64,000 nucleotides of DNA from the sequence record MZ956761.1; one strand, given 5' to 3'. Position numbers and translations under genes: made by a program. Below, piece by piece: positions 39,758-57,038 of this stretch (its first letter is position 1; each line of letters begins with the position of its first letter). The notes under the pieces were generated by a model, which saw only the letters and a list, made by a program, of their open reading frames with translations, was not told the DNA's origin and did not search any database. The stretch comes from a phage.

Positions 39758-41323
39758 TTAGATACCTTTAACATATACACGGCGGAAGTAAGCGTTTTTA
39801 CCAAGGCTATTCAGAATAGAAGGCATACCGCTCTGGATGCGAGAAGCCGGAGCCTGAGCAGCGGATTCTGCAAATGGGTTGATACCGATACCGTAACGAG
39901 TTTTGAATCCCATTACTGGTTGGAAGTTCTTCGGATCGGAACCACGCAGCGGAGTCAGAGCTACATATGGAGCGTAGTAAATACCAGCATCCATTTCGTT
40001 CGGACCTTTATAACCTACAGTGAAATAATCCTGTTTAGCATACTGGTCGATATATACACGGTATTTACCACCCAGAACACCAGCAAATACTGACTTGGTA
40101 GTATCAGTGTTAAAGCCGGTAGCCAGACCCTGTGCAGCATAAGAAATGCCAGTATCAACTGAAGCCAGAACGTTAACTACGTTACGGGAAGCGATAATGA
40201 AGTTACCTTCACCACGACCGGTCTGACGAGCAATTTCAACTGCTTCTTTGTCAATCTGGAACAACAGAGCTTTAAAGGATTCACCCGCCCAGCGAGCACC
40301 ACGAATATCAATCGGATCCTGGAAGTCAAATACACCAGCTTTAGAACCCGGAGTCAGGGTCATACCAGATTTACCAACCTGAGCTGAGTAGTTAATCCAA
40401 TCAACAACTTCACGGTTGATTTCCAGCATGATTTCGGTAGCCAGAATACCAGACAGTTCAGCATCAGCATCCATACCGTGAACAGCGCGGAGGTCTTGTG
40501 CTAATTCGATAGAGTAAGCAGCTTTCAGCTGACGAGATTTAGCTTCGATAACTTGTTTATCAATACGGAAGCCCATTTCATTCCATGGGTTATCGGTAGA
40601 ACCGTTGAAACCTTCCTGAAGTTCAGCGATAGAAGTAGCCATACCTTCAGCGATTTCTACCAGTACACCAGCTTCCATTTGTTTCTTAATTTCAGCATCT
40701 AATTTAGCTGCGTCATCTGCAGTAGAACTAATTGTTACTTGAGCAGAAGCTTGCAGATACACAGTACCAGTGTCCTGGAAGAAGTGAGTATAGATATCAC
40801 CTACTGTAGTTTGCGTGCTAGCAGCCAGAGCTGGGAATTTCTTAGCAGCACCCTGACCAGAGAACATTGCATCTGGACCATACATTGGGTGGAATGCTTC
40901 TTTAGCACCGGCAGCGATTGGGTCTTTACCATATACTGCGCGCAGTGCGAATACCTGGCCAGTCGGGCTGTTCATCGGCTGAACACCGCAAATATCGAAA
41001 GCAATCAGGTTAGGAATAGCACGACGTACCATACCCATAACAGCTGGGCCAATCTGAGTTACTGCGCCAGAAGTCTGACCAGCAGCGATGTTAGTAGCGT
41101 TGTAACCGTGGTCACCACCGATTTCAGCTTCTGTTAAGAAAGAACCAAACGCCTGAGCGATTTTTTCGTCTTTGTATTCTGGAGCTGTCTGGAAATCTTT
41201 TTCCTGGTTTTCAAAGATTTTAGCGATAATCGCTTGTTTGCTATTAGCAATTTCCGGTAAACCTTCACCTTCCAGTAATGGCTTCCATTTGTTCAAAAGT
41301 TCAGCTTTAGTTTTGATAGTCAT
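39758..41323 (-). CDS. 23: Major capsid protein
   Basis: 521 aa MTIKTKAELLNKWKPLLEGEGLPE...; length and sequence as recalled for T4 gp23. Confidence 0.97.
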   Translation of the reverse strand: MTIKTKAELLNKWKPLLEGEGLPEIANSKQAIIAKIFENQEKDFQTAPEYKDEKIAQAFGSFLTEAEIGGDHGYNATNIAAGQTSGAVTQIGPAVMGMVRRAIPNLIAFDICGVQPMNSPTGQVFALRAVYGKDPIAAGAKEAFHPMYGPDAMFSGQGAAKKFPALAASTQTTVGDIYTHFFQDTGTVYLQASAQVTISSTADDAAKLDAEIKKQMEAGVLVEIAEGMATSIAELQEGFNGSTDNPWNEMGFRIDKQVIEAKSRQLKAAYSIELAQDLRAVHGMDADAELSGILATEIMLEINREVVDWINYSAQVGKSGMTLTPGSKAGVFDFQDPIDIRGARWAGESFKALLFQIDKEAVEIARQTGRGEGNFIIASRNVVNVLASVDTGISYAAQGLATGFNTDTTKSVFAGVLGGKYRVYIDQYAKQDYFTVGYKGPNEMDAGIYYAPYVALTPLRGSDPKNFQPVMGFKTRYGIGINPFAESAAQAPASRIQSGMPSILNSLGKNAYFRRVYVKGI

Positions 41324-41341
41324 TTGTGTTAACCTTTAAAA

Positions 41342-42151
41342 TTAGAAACGAGATGCGACTTTCGCATATACACTTACAATATCTTCTGCACCAGGTGCAG
41401 CTTTATCTTCTACAGCTTCAGTGACGAAATTCAGTCCGGCTGCTTCAGTATCAGGAGTATTTATACCCTCAGTAATAGTGCTTTCATCTTTATTAGACTT
41501 CTTCACCATTTCTACGATGGCACTCAATTTACTTGAGAATGCATCTGAATAATCCATACCTTCGACCAGAGCAGAGACTTTTTCTTTTTGAGACTCAGTC
41601 AGATCTTTAGTACTTTCGCTCAATGCCACTTCACGCTGCACATAATTGATATATGCGTCGCGCATATTGAGTTCTTCGAACAGACGAGCTGATTCTTCTT
41701 TATGTTCTTGCAGCTCTTCTTCCATTTCAGCTACAACATCAACTGATTCTTCTGGAACAACAACGTTGTGTTCAACAAAGAGCTCTTTTAATCCACCAAG
41801 CATGGATTCAAACAGTTCGGCTTTGATGCCTTTATCAACTGCTAATTTATTTTCAGCGAGCCATTCTTTCGCAAGATGGTCGATGAATTTAGAAGCTTGC
41901 TCAGCGATTTTCTTCTCAGCTTTTTCTTCGGCTTCTTCTTTATTTTTTTCTACTTCTTCTTCTGCTTTTTCAGCAATTTTAGCGATATGAGATTCAGCTA
42001 ATTTAACGGCGTGCTGCTTGACGGTAGCTTCGAATACAGTGCCGAAAGTTTCTTTTGCTTCCGGAGAAATATTAACTGATTCGAAAATACTATCAAGAGC
42101 AACGGAAGCATCAATTTTTTGCGCTTCAGCAATCAGTTGTTCTTTAAGCAT
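41342..42151 (-). CDS. 22: Prohead core scaffold protein
   Basis: 269 aa, highly charged coiled-coil-like; length as T4 gp22. Confidence 0.9.
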   Translation of the reverse strand: MLKEQLIAEAQKIDASVALDSIFESVNISPEAKETFGTVFEATVKQHAVKLAESHIAKIAEKAEEEVEKNKEEAEEKAEKKIAEQASKFIDHLAKEWLAENKLAVDKGIKAELFESMLGGLKELFVEHNVVVPEESVDVVAEMEEELQEHKEESARLFEELNMRDAYINYVQREVALSESTKDLTESQKEKVSALVEGMDYSDAFSSKLSAIVEMVKKSNKDESTITEGINTPDTEAAGLNFVTEAVEDKAAPGAEDIVSVYAKVASRF

Positions 42152-42178
42152 TTTGTAGTCCTGTTGTTTAGATAATAA

Positions 42179-42186
42179 TATTTATA
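42179..42186 (-). promoter_or_regulatory. Late promoter TATAAATA (minus strand) for gene 22
   Basis: TATTTATA on the plus strand overlapping gene 21 stop, about 28 nt upstream of gene 22 ATG. Confidence 0.6.
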
Positions 42187-42820
42187 ACGCTTTTTTCATG
42201 GCCTCTGCGAGAGCCATATAGGCGTCATCGGCACTTGTATCGGCTTCCGCCGTCTGTGATTCGGTAATTTCCTTAGGAGTTACCCATGCATCTGGAGCAC
42301 TTGGACCCCATACTGCATCAACACCTACAGTTAATTTGAATCCTTCGTTTACGATACGATAACCTTTATTTGTGTCAGTCAATGAACCTAATCCACGAGA
42401 AGAAACTCCTGGAATCCATCCGGCACGAATATTAGCTGCTAATTTATCTCCAGGACCATGGTCACCTTCAATAACACGAGCTCGTCCGTATACGTCATTT
42501 CCTTTCCACCACATATCTTCTATAATGATAGCGGCTTGCATCGGGTCAACATTAGCGCGTGGAGGATGATTTAATTCTCCGAGAGCTTGTTTAGTTAAAA
42601 CTTGCTCATTGATATAGTCTTTTACCGCTTTTTCTAATATGCGTTTTGGATAAAGACGTTTATTTCTATTGACGACTTCCGCTTGCATGAATATTCCTTC
42701 GATGTATAAACCAGGTTTTAAACCTAGGTCTTTTCCATCATGAGATTCAAGCATTGGCACGCCATCAATAATTTCGCCAGGTTGACCCCAAGTTTCAATT
42801 AGTAATTGGGGTTCATTCAT
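42182..42820 (-). CDS. 21: Prohead core protease
   Basis: 212 aa [18 protein letters not shown]...; length as T4 gp21. Confidence 0.9.
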   Translation of the reverse strand: MNEPQLLIETWGQPGEIIDGVPMLESHDGKDLGLKPGLYIEGIFMQAEVVNRNKRLYPKRILEKAVKDYINEQVLTKQALGELNHPPRANVDPMQAAIIIEDMWWKGNDVYGRARVIEGDHGPGDKLAANIRAGWIPGVSSRGLGSLTDTNKGYRIVNEGFKLTVGVDAVWGPSAPDAWVTPKEITESQTAEADTSADDAYMALAEAMKKAL

Positions 42821-43245
42821 TAGCTTAATCCTAATGCTTTACGGCGTTTAAGAGCTTTTTTACGCTTACGCTGAGCACGAGATTGACCTGCTGGGTTGGC
42901 AATCTTCGTTTTGGTAGCTTTGCGAGCAATTTGTCTACGTTTTGCTTTAGACAGCCCGGTGGTTTGAAATGCATTACGTTCACGCGTTTTGCGGTCTTTG
43001 GTACGTGTAATTTCACCACGAGCAGAAACATGTTTAACGATGAATTCGTTTAGCGGCATATCTTCATTAATAGAAGCTAATGCAATTGCTAAATCAGTTT
43101 CATCATCAAGCATATTCTCGACAATTGTATTTATATCGTCTTTATTTAAAGCAGAAGACAATTCGTCAAAGCGACCCTGTGCTTCAGGAATAAGTGCTTC
43201 GACATTCTCGAGAACTAATTCATGAGTTTCAGGGATCAGAAGCAT
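42820..43245 (-). CDS. 68: Prohead core protein
   Basis: 141 aa; basic C-terminus; synteny between 67 and 21. Confidence 0.75.
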   Translation of the reverse strand: MLLIPETHELVLENVEALIPEAQGRFDELSSALNKDDINTIVENMLDDETDLAIALASINEDMPLNEFIVKHVSARGEITRTKDRKTRERNAFQTTGLSKAKRRQIARKATKTKIANPAGQSRAQRKRKKALKRRKALGLS

Positions 43246-43501
43246 TATTCATCATCCTCGTCTTCGTCATCTTCGTCAGAGTCTTTGTCTTTTTTGTCGT
43301 CTTTATCATCGCTATCTTCGTCATCATCCTCGTCTTCATCATCCTCATCATCGGGTTCTTCACCTTCGATTAAGAAATTACGAGCGATAGCGATTTTTTC
43401 TTCTTTAATTAAATCAATCGTTCTTGCAGCCATGGCTTCAGCAAAGAATTTACGAGCGGCTACGAGGTCGTTTGATTTAATAGCTTCAATTAAACCTTCC
43501 A

Positions 43502-43502
<1 letters not shown>
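43245..43502 (-). CDS. 67: Prohead core protein with poly-acidic C-terminal tail
   Basis: 85 aa; C-terminal D/E run [38 protein letters not shown]. Confidence 0.75.
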
Positions 43503-45154
<1,652 letters not shown>

Positions 45155-45159
45155 TCATT

Positions 45160-45651
45160 TTATTCCCAATAATCGAGAGCAAGAGTTACTTCAAATGTTT
45201 GGATTTCATTGTTTGAATCCCAATCTAATTGAAGTTCACCCACGTTAGTAGGCCACAGGCCTTTAATTTCGACTTCTTTTGTTACAGTTTTAGCGTCACG
45301 AGCATATTGGCGAACAACAGCGCTCTTTTTATATTCTGCTGGTTTTCCACCAGTAATTTCGTTCCCTTGCCCAGCAGCAATGCTTTGCCAATCAACAAAC
45401 TTCTGGCGAGCATCATGTGCCTCATCGTTCATTACTGTAACAGTCCAGTCATCGAATGTACGATCGCCTGCTACGTTAATTTTACGGTTCATGAATCCGA
45501 CTGGAATTTTTTCTACAATACCAGCTGGTAAAGCAGTGGCTTTACATTGAAACGTAAAATTTTGTCCAAGATAAGAAATTTCTACTTGGAATAAGTTAGG
45601 TCGAGCAAAATCACCAGATTCAAACGCTCGTGTTACATCATCTACAAACAT
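45160..45651 (-). CDS. 19: Tail tube protein
   Basis: 163 aa MFVDDVTRAFESGDFARPNLFQVEISYLG...; length as T4 gp19. Confidence 0.9.
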   Translation of the reverse strand: MFVDDVTRAFESGDFARPNLFQVEISYLGQNFTFQCKATALPAGIVEKIPVGFMNRKINVAGDRTFDDWTVTVMNDEAHDARQKFVDWQSIAAGQGNEITGGKPAEYKKSAVVRQYARDAKTVTKEVEIKGLWPTNVGELQLDWDSNNEIQTFEVTLALDYWE

Positions 45652-45665
45652 ATTAGCCTCTGTAG

Positions 45666-45673
45666 TATTTATA
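45666..45673 (-). promoter_or_regulatory. Late promoter TATAAATA (minus strand), proximal to gene 19
   Basis: TATTTATA on the plus strand about 15 nt upstream of gene 19 ATG. Confidence 0.5.
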
Positions 45674-45724
45674 TCCCTATGTTTAACCTAGGGCATATAG
45701 AATTAAAGAATTAAGGATATAGTG

Positions 45725-45732
45725 TATTTATA
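45725..45732 (-). promoter_or_regulatory. Late promoter TATAAATA (minus strand), distal, just downstream of the HNH gene hairpin
   Basis: Second exact TATTTATA on the plus strand in the HNH-19 intergenic region. Confidence 0.5.
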
Positions 45733-45734
45733 TG

Positions 45735-45752
45735 GCCTGCCGAAACAGGCCT
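45735..45752 (-). terminator. Hairpin after HNH endonuclease gene
   Basis: GGCCTG-tttcgg-CAGGCC on the minus strand immediately after the HNH stop. Confidence 0.45.
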
Positions 45753-45758
45753 TTAGAA

Positions 45759-46376
45759 TCATTCTAGTAAATCCCAAAGATCTACACTATTTCTTTTTGA
45801 TTTTTCTCGGTTAGATTCCCAAGTGATTATTTCTAAATTATTAATACCACCAATTATTTTAGCAGGAATTAAATTATCAAAACCGTATTTGATAGATACC
45901 TTATGATCAAGTTGGTAAGCACCTTTTGTACCGCACACTCCTATTTTATCAGCATTTGGCCATTTTGACCAAATTTTCTTATGCTTACGAGTTTCTTTAT
46001 ATACCAATGAAATATATTCACGCATTTCAGATTTATTTGGGTTCCATCTTGGATGATTTACGCCATGCATACATTCTACTGTTTTTCCTTTATTCGCGGA
46101 ACCATATGAATTATTGCGCATTTTATCTTTATGACGGCAATCACGACAAATATCAGTGTTTCTTCCAATGCGTTGGTTATATTCAATTCCACATTTATCG
46201 CAACGGCATTTTACATACGCGGTACTACCTTTAATGTCTTCAACTTTAACATCAATTTCATAATACCTAAATCCATGTTTAACCGCTCCAAGAGGTGTTA
46301 ATTTATAACCCTTTGATTGATAATGTTTAAAATTTGATGGTACAATTTTCACTTTAACAAACTTAGAAATAATCAC
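45759..46376 (-). CDS. HNH endonuclease-like protein (possible freestanding homing endonuclease) inserted between genes 18 and 19
   Basis: C-terminal YQLDHKVSIKYGF...GGINNLEIITWESNREKS fits an HNH motif; central CxxC...CxxC cluster; start set at GTG 46376 with GAGGAA RBS just after the gene 18 hairpin (alternative ATG at 46409 lies inside the hairpin). Confidence 0.6.
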   Translation of the reverse strand: MIISKFVKVKIVPSNFKHYQSKGYKLTPLGAVKHGFRYYEIDVKVEDIKGSTAYVKCRCDKCGIEYNQRIGRNTDICRDCRHKDKMRNNSYGSANKGKTVECMHGVNHPRWNPNKSEMREYISLVYKETRKHKKIWSKWPNADKIGVCGTKGAYQLDHKVSIKYGFDNLIPAKIIGGINNLEIITWESNREKSKRNSVDLWDLLE

Positions 46377-46393
46377 TTGTTTCCTCGAGAATA

Positions 46394-46407
46394 GGGGCCG
46401 AAGCCCC
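46394..46407 (-). terminator. Hairpin immediately after gene 18 stop
   Basis: GGGGC-TTCG-GCCCC on the minus strand 8 nt after the gene 18 TAA. Confidence 0.5.
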
Positions 46408-46415
46408 ATAATCAA

Positions 46416-48395
46416 TTAACCTGCAAGACCAGTTAACTCATCGAAATCTGCACCAGTAGCAGTTGCGACGAAATTCAAAGTAATATAATTTATACTGCGC
46501 GCCGGTTGGATGTAGAATGTTGCAACAAACTCATTTCTATCAATTACTGACGGAGTGTTATTTGTTGTATCGCAAACTACACGATATTCATAAATTCCAC
46601 CGAGAGCTTTAATTCCCTGCAAGTACTGGGAAGTTTCTGTGCGGAATGATGAACGAGTAAACGCGTTGTTTAATTCGAACAAACGATATTTTGAACTACG
46701 TCCAATATTCGTTTTCAACATATTAAACAGACGACGAACGTTAATACGATCAAATGGAGAAGGAACAGAAGTAGCTGTTTTATCACCATACAATACGTAA
46801 CCATCACCACCTGTACCAGTTACTGGGTTGATAGCTTCTTGGTATAAACGATCGCGCTGCGCCTGGCGAGTTTCAATAGCAAGTTTAATAACGTTCAAAA
46901 TTTGGCCACGATTATAACCAGCTGGGGACATCCAAGTCTGAGAAACGTTATCTGTTCTCGCGCATAAACCAGCAATATCAGCTGCTAATGGAACCCAACG
47001 ATTCACATCATTATATTTGTCATACTGATACTTGTAGTTACCATCAATTGCTGCGTAGGTTGAACTGATATTAAAGTTATTATCAGTGTATGAACCTGCT
47101 GCAGTTCTCCAATTGACTAAGTTATCAACAGCACGAGTTACAGGAATTCCAACTACAGTTTCACGCGGTGGTGAGCACAGTACTAAGCAATCTTGGCGAG
47201 CATCCCCAATTGAAACGACGTGTTTTTGGACAGTAGATGCTGTTTCTAAAGATTCACCGGCACAAGAACCCGCAATAAACAACTGAACATCAACAGATTC
47301 ACGGTCAGCAAAGAAGTCCCAAGCTTCCATCAAATCTCCTGCTGTCACTTCAGCATTTGATGATAAACCACCAGACAGAGTTAAAATTCCAGAGAAGCCT
47401 TCTGGCCAGTTTTGTGCAGTTGCGAAAATATATTCTGAACCACCTTTTGCGAAAAAGTCATCAATATAGATGTTACTATCGTAAATATCTTTTTCACCAC
47501 GCTTTGTTGAAAGAACAACGCTTTGAACAATAGCATCATTGCGACGAACTATAATAGCGTATTGTGAATCAGTTTGTGGTCCATATCCAAACACTGCTTT
47601 GGCAGTAGATGCGCGTGTGCCGCCGCCTGGATAAATTGGAAGTAATGCAGAAGCACCTTTTGCGTAGTCAGCTTTAGATACGATTTCAATTTCGATTTTA
47701 TCGCCCAACTCGCCTGGATAAAGAGCTACTACTCCTGGAATTCCATATTTTTCGAGATTTGCTTGAAAGTCAACAGCTGTCATGGCAGCTTCGGCATTTT
47801 CAATTTCAGCTAATAAAATACCAGAATCGGTAATAATTTTTCCAAGAGTTATTACTGCAGCTAAACCAGAGGAAGACGAAGAAATTTCCGCGGTCCAGTT
47901 AGAACCTAATTCTGGATATTCGCCTACTTCTTTCGCTTTAGCGATAATTTTTGCGGTAGGAATATTAATTTTCTTAATTTTTCCATCAGCATCTACTTCG
48001 GTAACTTTACATTCTGTTTCAACATCTTCTGAAACATACTTAACCGTGATTTTATCTCCAACCGCGTAGTTACTACCTGGGGTAGAAATAGTGTATTCAA
48101 TATTACCGGCAATCGGAGATGAGTTTTTAGCGGTATCTCTATCGACAACACGCACAACTCGCAAATCATTTCCGTATTGTAAGAAATTCATTGCAGACAT
48201 AAAATAGTCAGCAGTTTCAGCTGTAGGTTGACCAAAAGTATTAACTAAATCTACTTCATTCGTAACCTGTTTAATTTGAAAAGCAGGACCCCACTGGAAT
48301 TTACCGGCCAAAGCTGCTGTACCAGTAGAGTTATTAACCACGGTGCTTTGAACCGTAGTTTCTTTGAGCTCAATGCCCGGAGATAATAAAGTCAT
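46416..48395 (-). CDS. 18: Contractile tail sheath protein
   Basis: 659 aa MTLLSPGIELKETTVQSTVV...; length as T4 gp18. Confidence 0.95.
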   Translation of the reverse strand: MTLLSPGIELKETTVQSTVVNNSTGTAALAGKFQWGPAFQIKQVTNEVDLVNTFGQPTAETADYFMSAMNFLQYGNDLRVVRVVDRDTAKNSSPIAGNIEYTISTPGSNYAVGDKITVKYVSEDVETECKVTEVDADGKIKKINIPTAKIIAKAKEVGEYPELGSNWTAEISSSSSGLAAVITLGKIITDSGILLAEIENAEAAMTAVDFQANLEKYGIPGVVALYPGELGDKIEIEIVSKADYAKGASALLPIYPGGGTRASTAKAVFGYGPQTDSQYAIIVRRNDAIVQSVVLSTKRGEKDIYDSNIYIDDFFAKGGSEYIFATAQNWPEGFSGILTLSGGLSSNAEVTAGDLMEAWDFFADRESVDVQLFIAGSCAGESLETASTVQKHVVSIGDARQDCLVLCSPPRETVVGIPVTRAVDNLVNWRTAAGSYTDNNFNISSTYAAIDGNYKYQYDKYNDVNRWVPLAADIAGLCARTDNVSQTWMSPAGYNRGQILNVIKLAIETRQAQRDRLYQEAINPVTGTGGDGYVLYGDKTATSVPSPFDRINVRRLFNMLKTNIGRSSKYRLFELNNAFTRSSFRTETSQYLQGIKALGGIYEYRVVCDTTNNTPSVIDRNEFVATFYIQPARSINYITLNFVATATGADFDELTGLAG

Positions 48396-48423
48396 TTTTA
48401 ATCCTCTTTAATATGCTTTAATA

Positions 48424-51564
<3,141 letters not shown>

Positions 51565-51605
51565 GATTTCTCCTAATCTGGGCTTTAATTAGTTTATAAT
51601 ATTTA

Positions 51606-53307
<1,702 letters not shown>

Positions 53308-53319
53308 TTAAAATCCTTT

Positions 53320-53335
53320 GGGGCCTTGCGGCCCC
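53320..53335 (-). terminator. GC hairpin between wac and gene 13
   Basis: GGGGCC-GCAA-GGCCCC on the minus strand 4 nt after wac stop, followed by AAAGGATTTTAAATG (gene 13 RBS/start). Confidence 0.5.
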
Positions 53336-53338
53336 ATG

Positions 53339-54802
53339 TTATGCTGGTGATAAAAAGGTAGAAAGCAATACCCATTCGCCGTCTTTACGAACGTAAGCTT
53401 GCCCATCTCTTGGAGCTTCAGGAATATAACCGGCTTCTTGGAGAGCTTGAACATCACCTTGTAAAGAAGATATATTGCCTTTGGCTGTATTCACTTCTTG
53501 TGTAACTGATGCAATGTTGGTTTCGTTAGCTTTTATTGAATTGGTTAATCCGCGTTCTTCAACAGTTGAGCCGTTTGGATTAGTTCCATTTACTAAAGTA
53601 TTTAACGCTACAACTTGCCCTTTAATTCCTGTGCTGTTATTACCAATCTCTACTTGTAGGTTTTGAACATCATTATTCAAGCCTGAAACAGAAGTTTCAA
53701 TTGCAGAAACTCGGTTTAAAAGAGACCCAGGAGGAGAAGGTTGTCCACCGCTAGAATCAGTTCCAACAATTTGGTTTAACCATGAAACATTCGCTCTTAA
53801 ACCAGATGAAGTGTTTTCACCGACGATTCCATTTAGAGATTCGATTGAAGTTGTATTATCTTTGATTTGACCTTTAATACTCGAAGGAATATCATCTGAT
53901 CCAATAGAAGTTTCAATAACGGTTAAACGCTGTTTAATACCTCCACTTTGATTTAGTTCTAAATTAATAGATGCAATATTATCAGTGTTTGTATTAACAC
54001 TCGTGATAATCGAATTATTTCCTGGATATCCTATTGAGGTCTTAATAGCACTAATGTCAGACTCAACTGTTGTCTGTTTAGTGTCAATTTCATTTAAACG
54101 ACTGTAAACGTTCTGCGAAAATGACGGCGGTTTTGGTCCAAGCTCTTCGCGAAGATTACCAACTTCAATAGTCAAAGAACCTACATCAGATTCAATAAAT
54201 TTTGTTTCTAATTCGCTTAAACGTATTCCCTGTGAAGTAATGACATCAGTATTATTAATAATGCGATGCTTCATTCCACTACTAGGATTTCCTACAACAG
54301 GAAGACCATTAATATCTTGACCTGTGTATTGTCCAAGTTCACGCTTTATCCATAGTAAATCATTTCTGATCGTTCTGTATACAGAGTTGGCCTCGGAGTT
54401 AAATGGACCAATATCAGCAAGAATGCTGTCAACTGTACTATTAGTCCCATTTAATATTTCTGTATGTTCACTGGTTAGCGTTTTAAGGTCAGAAATATCA
54501 TTTTTATTGATACTTATTTGGGCCAAAGCTTCAATATCACCAGATACATCTAAGATGCCCTGAATTGTTTTAATATCACTATTTGCGGTTTCTAAAGATG
54601 TTTTAAGTATTCCAATGTTTTTATCAAGAACTTCAACATTTCTTAGTACAGAAACTGTAGGTCTATTCATTGAACCTTCACTTCCATACTGTGTGTCAGC
54701 TCCTAATATTTCTTCGCCGTTTTTAATCCAGGAAATGCGGCTCTGGCCCTCTGCAGGAGGGCCGTCAACGAATGGTAAGTCATTCAGTACAATATCTGTC
54801 AT
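53339..54802 (-). CDS. wac: Fibritin (whisker) protein
   Basis: 487 aa; long heptad-repeat coiled coil and C-terminal foldon [27 protein letters not shown]. Confidence 0.9.
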   Translation of the reverse strand: MTDIVLNDLPFVDGPPAEGQSRISWIKNGEEILGADTQYGSEGSMNRPTVSVLRNVEVLDKNIGILKTSLETANSDIKTIQGILDVSGDIEALAQISINKNDISDLKTLTSEHTEILNGTNSTVDSILADIGPFNSEANSVYRTIRNDLLWIKRELGQYTGQDINGLPVVGNPSSGMKHRIINNTDVITSQGIRLSELETKFIESDVGSLTIEVGNLREELGPKPPSFSQNVYSRLNEIDTKQTTVESDISAIKTSIGYPGNNSIITSVNTNTDNIASINLELNQSGGIKQRLTVIETSIGSDDIPSSIKGQIKDNTTSIESLNGIVGENTSSGLRANVSWLNQIVGTDSSGGQPSPPGSLLNRVSAIETSVSGLNNDVQNLQVEIGNNSTGIKGQVVALNTLVNGTNPNGSTVEERGLTNSIKANETNIASVTQEVNTAKGNISSLQGDVQALQEAGYIPEAPRDGQAYVRKDGEWVLLSTFLSPA

Positions 54803-56382
54803 TCTTTTACCTTAATTATGTAGTTTAAAGAAATGTTCCATGGACGTGTTTCATTTCCAATTAATTCAGGACGATTTAGTGTATATTTGGAATTTCGTTG
54901 TGATGCCGGGTCAATTTCATATCCGTCATTGGTGAAGTATGAACGGTTATCCCAGTCAAGTCCTTTACGTGTACCAACAAAATTTGATCTGCGGGTATTA
55001 CCGAATGCTCCAGAATCATCATGCTCACCAAATCCGCCAGCGTGTTTATGATAAGACATCTGCTGTTTTTGTACTTCGCCAACATATCCACCGGTACAAC
55101 CTACGCCTAATCTAGGCTTACCAAATTGGTCATTACCATTAACATTTGGATTTGTTAAGTGAGAGCCACGACCAGAGCCACGAACAAAAAGGCCACGCAT
55201 ATCAGGTAATCCAGGATTTGATGAACTTCCGCCGTATCTTGTTCCAATTCTAGAAGCATATAATGGACAATCTGATGCTGAAACAGTTCCGCCATGACAG
55301 AAGCGCCAAGCATCACTAGGAAGGCTATCAGCCGCCCACATCATAATAGCTCCGACAGGAATAGTTCTATCTATTTCATTCTGCGTTACAACACGCTTAC
55401 CTTGAATATAACCACCGGTCATGTTAACTGTTCCGGTAATGTTTGCTCCGCCTGAAGCTATTGTGAGCGTATTATTAATGCGAAGTGTTCCATTAATCGT
55501 TTGACCACCTCTTTGGTGGATAACGTCAGCATTCCAAGCTAGTGCTGATGAAGCATCGCCTCCACTCTGTGAGCCGGCGGTTGTAGTTAATTTAACTACG
55601 CCTCTCATTGACGTTGTAGAACCACGACCATTAAGAGTTGCGCCAGTAACCGCAACAGAAGCATTATTCGAGTTAACTTCTGATTGTGTTCCTAATTTAA
55701 TTACGCCTTTATATTCTTCAGTAGCAGTAGAATTCATTAGCGTATAAGGAGAAATTGCATAGCCTTCTCTTAAGGTTCCTTGACGAACTTGAGCTACTGT
55801 CGCCAATTGAACAACACCTTGGTCCGATTCGGTAGCTGTGGTTTCAGAAGGAGCGATTTGCGCAATTAATTTAATAGCTAACTGCTGTGTTTTTAACGGA
55901 GTCATTGCAGTAGTATCATCTGCGCCAGCTAATGCTTGCGGTAGAGATGAAATTTTAATAACTCCATTTGATGATTCAGTTGAAACACGAGTTTCAAAGG
56001 CATTATTAAGGGCAACAGTAAATTTAGCGGGAGTTATAGAAGATTCATTATTAACTCCGGCAATTGCTTCATCATTGGTTGAATATCTTGTTAATCCGTA
56101 AACAGTTTCAGTTGCGTTTGGATAAGATAATCTTGTTGCCAACGTTGCTGGTGTAACTGCTTTGGTATTATCAGTTCCGTCGATAACTTCCTGTTCAGTG
56201 GCAAGAAACAAAATTCCCTTTGTTGTTGATGATGCGTCAGGAACTCCATTTACGCCAGCAGGAGAAATGGCTGCTATAGCAGCCTGAACATCAGTAATCT
56301 CTGCCGGAAAATTTGTACCAGTTGGATCAAATTTTACATAACGAGATTCATTAGAAACGTGTTGATATGTATTATTACTCAT
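54799..56382 (-). CDS. 12: Short tail fibre protein
   Basis: 527 aa; length as T4 gp12; ATGA overlap with wac. Confidence 0.9.
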   Translation of the reverse strand: MSNNTYQHVSNESRYVKFDPTGTNFPAEITDVQAAIAAISPAGVNGVPDASSTTKGILFLATEQEVIDGTDNTKAVTPATLATRLSYPNATETVYGLTRYSTNDEAIAGVNNESSITPAKFTVALNNAFETRVSTESSNGVIKISSLPQALAGADDTTAMTPLKTQQLAIKLIAQIAPSETTATESDQGVVQLATVAQVRQGTLREGYAISPYTLMNSTATEEYKGVIKLGTQSEVNSNNASVAVTGATLNGRGSTTSMRGVVKLTTTAGSQSGGDASSALAWNADVIHQRGGQTINGTLRINNTLTIASGGANITGTVNMTGGYIQGKRVVTQNEIDRTIPVGAIMMWAADSLPSDAWRFCHGGTVSASDCPLYASRIGTRYGGSSSNPGLPDMRGLFVRGSGRGSHLTNPNVNGNDQFGKPRLGVGCTGGYVGEVQKQQMSYHKHAGGFGEHDDSGAFGNTRRSNFVGTRKGLDWDNRSYFTNDGYEIDPASQRNSKYTLNRPELIGNETRPWNISLNYIIKVKE

Positions 56383-57038
56383 GCTGTTCTCTCAAAATGA
56401 TAAAATACTGTAGGAGTCTGCTGATTATCTAAAGTTACAGTTTGTGCGCCTAATAAATTCCATGTACCATAGCCAGGTTTAGACTCAGAAATAATTTCCT
56501 GCGAAATAGTTATTCCATATGTAGAATATGTGCTTAATACATGTTTTTGATTATCTAAATAAGTAACTTCTAATTTACTACCATCTGTTGGATGGTCTTT
56601 ATATGAATTGATAGCAGTAAATGACGCAATAGCTTCTTGTAGTGCAACACGAACTTTGGCAACAAACTCGATAGCTGTCATTCCGGTTGTTGCTGAAACT
56701 GGAAGACCAAATACTAATACCGTAACAGGAGAACCAGGAGGAAGAGAATCGTCTGTTACAGTTCCAGAAAATGCCCAATAATCAGTTTGAGAAACGCCCT
56801 CAGGAGAAACACCAGTTTTATTAGTAATAATTGTACCAACGTCTTTTATAGAAAAATTATGAACATCATTAATAGCTGATTCTACGTTTGGTTCATAAAA
56901 TCCTTTCGCTAATTGAGAAATTGTCACTGACCCAACTGATTGACGATTCATTACATCTATATTACCAGCTTTAGGTCTAAAACCAAGAAAATCGGCTAAG
57001 CGGGAAATAACTCCCGCTTTATTATTAAGTAAACTCAT
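56379..57038 (-). CDS. 11: Baseplate wedge / short tail fibre connector
   Basis: 219 aa from [20 protein letters not shown] (track ORF begins at an upstream TTG). Confidence 0.9.
   Translation of the reverse strand: MSLLNNKAGVISRLADFLGFRPKAGNIDVMNRQSVGSVTISQLAKGFYEPNVESAINDVHNFSIKDVGTIITNKTGVSPEGVSQTDYWAFSGTVTDDSLPPGSPVTVLVFGLPVSATTGMTAIEFVAKVRVALQEAIASFTAINSYKDHPTDGSKLEVTYLDNQKHVLSTYSTYGITISQEIISESKPGYGTWNLLGAQTVTLDNQQTPTVFYHFERTA

Noticed and set aside
41646-41990. Plus-strand Ser-rich 114-aa ORF
   Set aside because: Antisense to the charged coiled-coil scaffold gene 22; no start context.
51565-51605. Possible late promoter for gene 15 (TATAAACT-like on the minus strand)
   Set aside because: Only a 7/8 match to TATAAATA; not called as a feature without transcript evidence.
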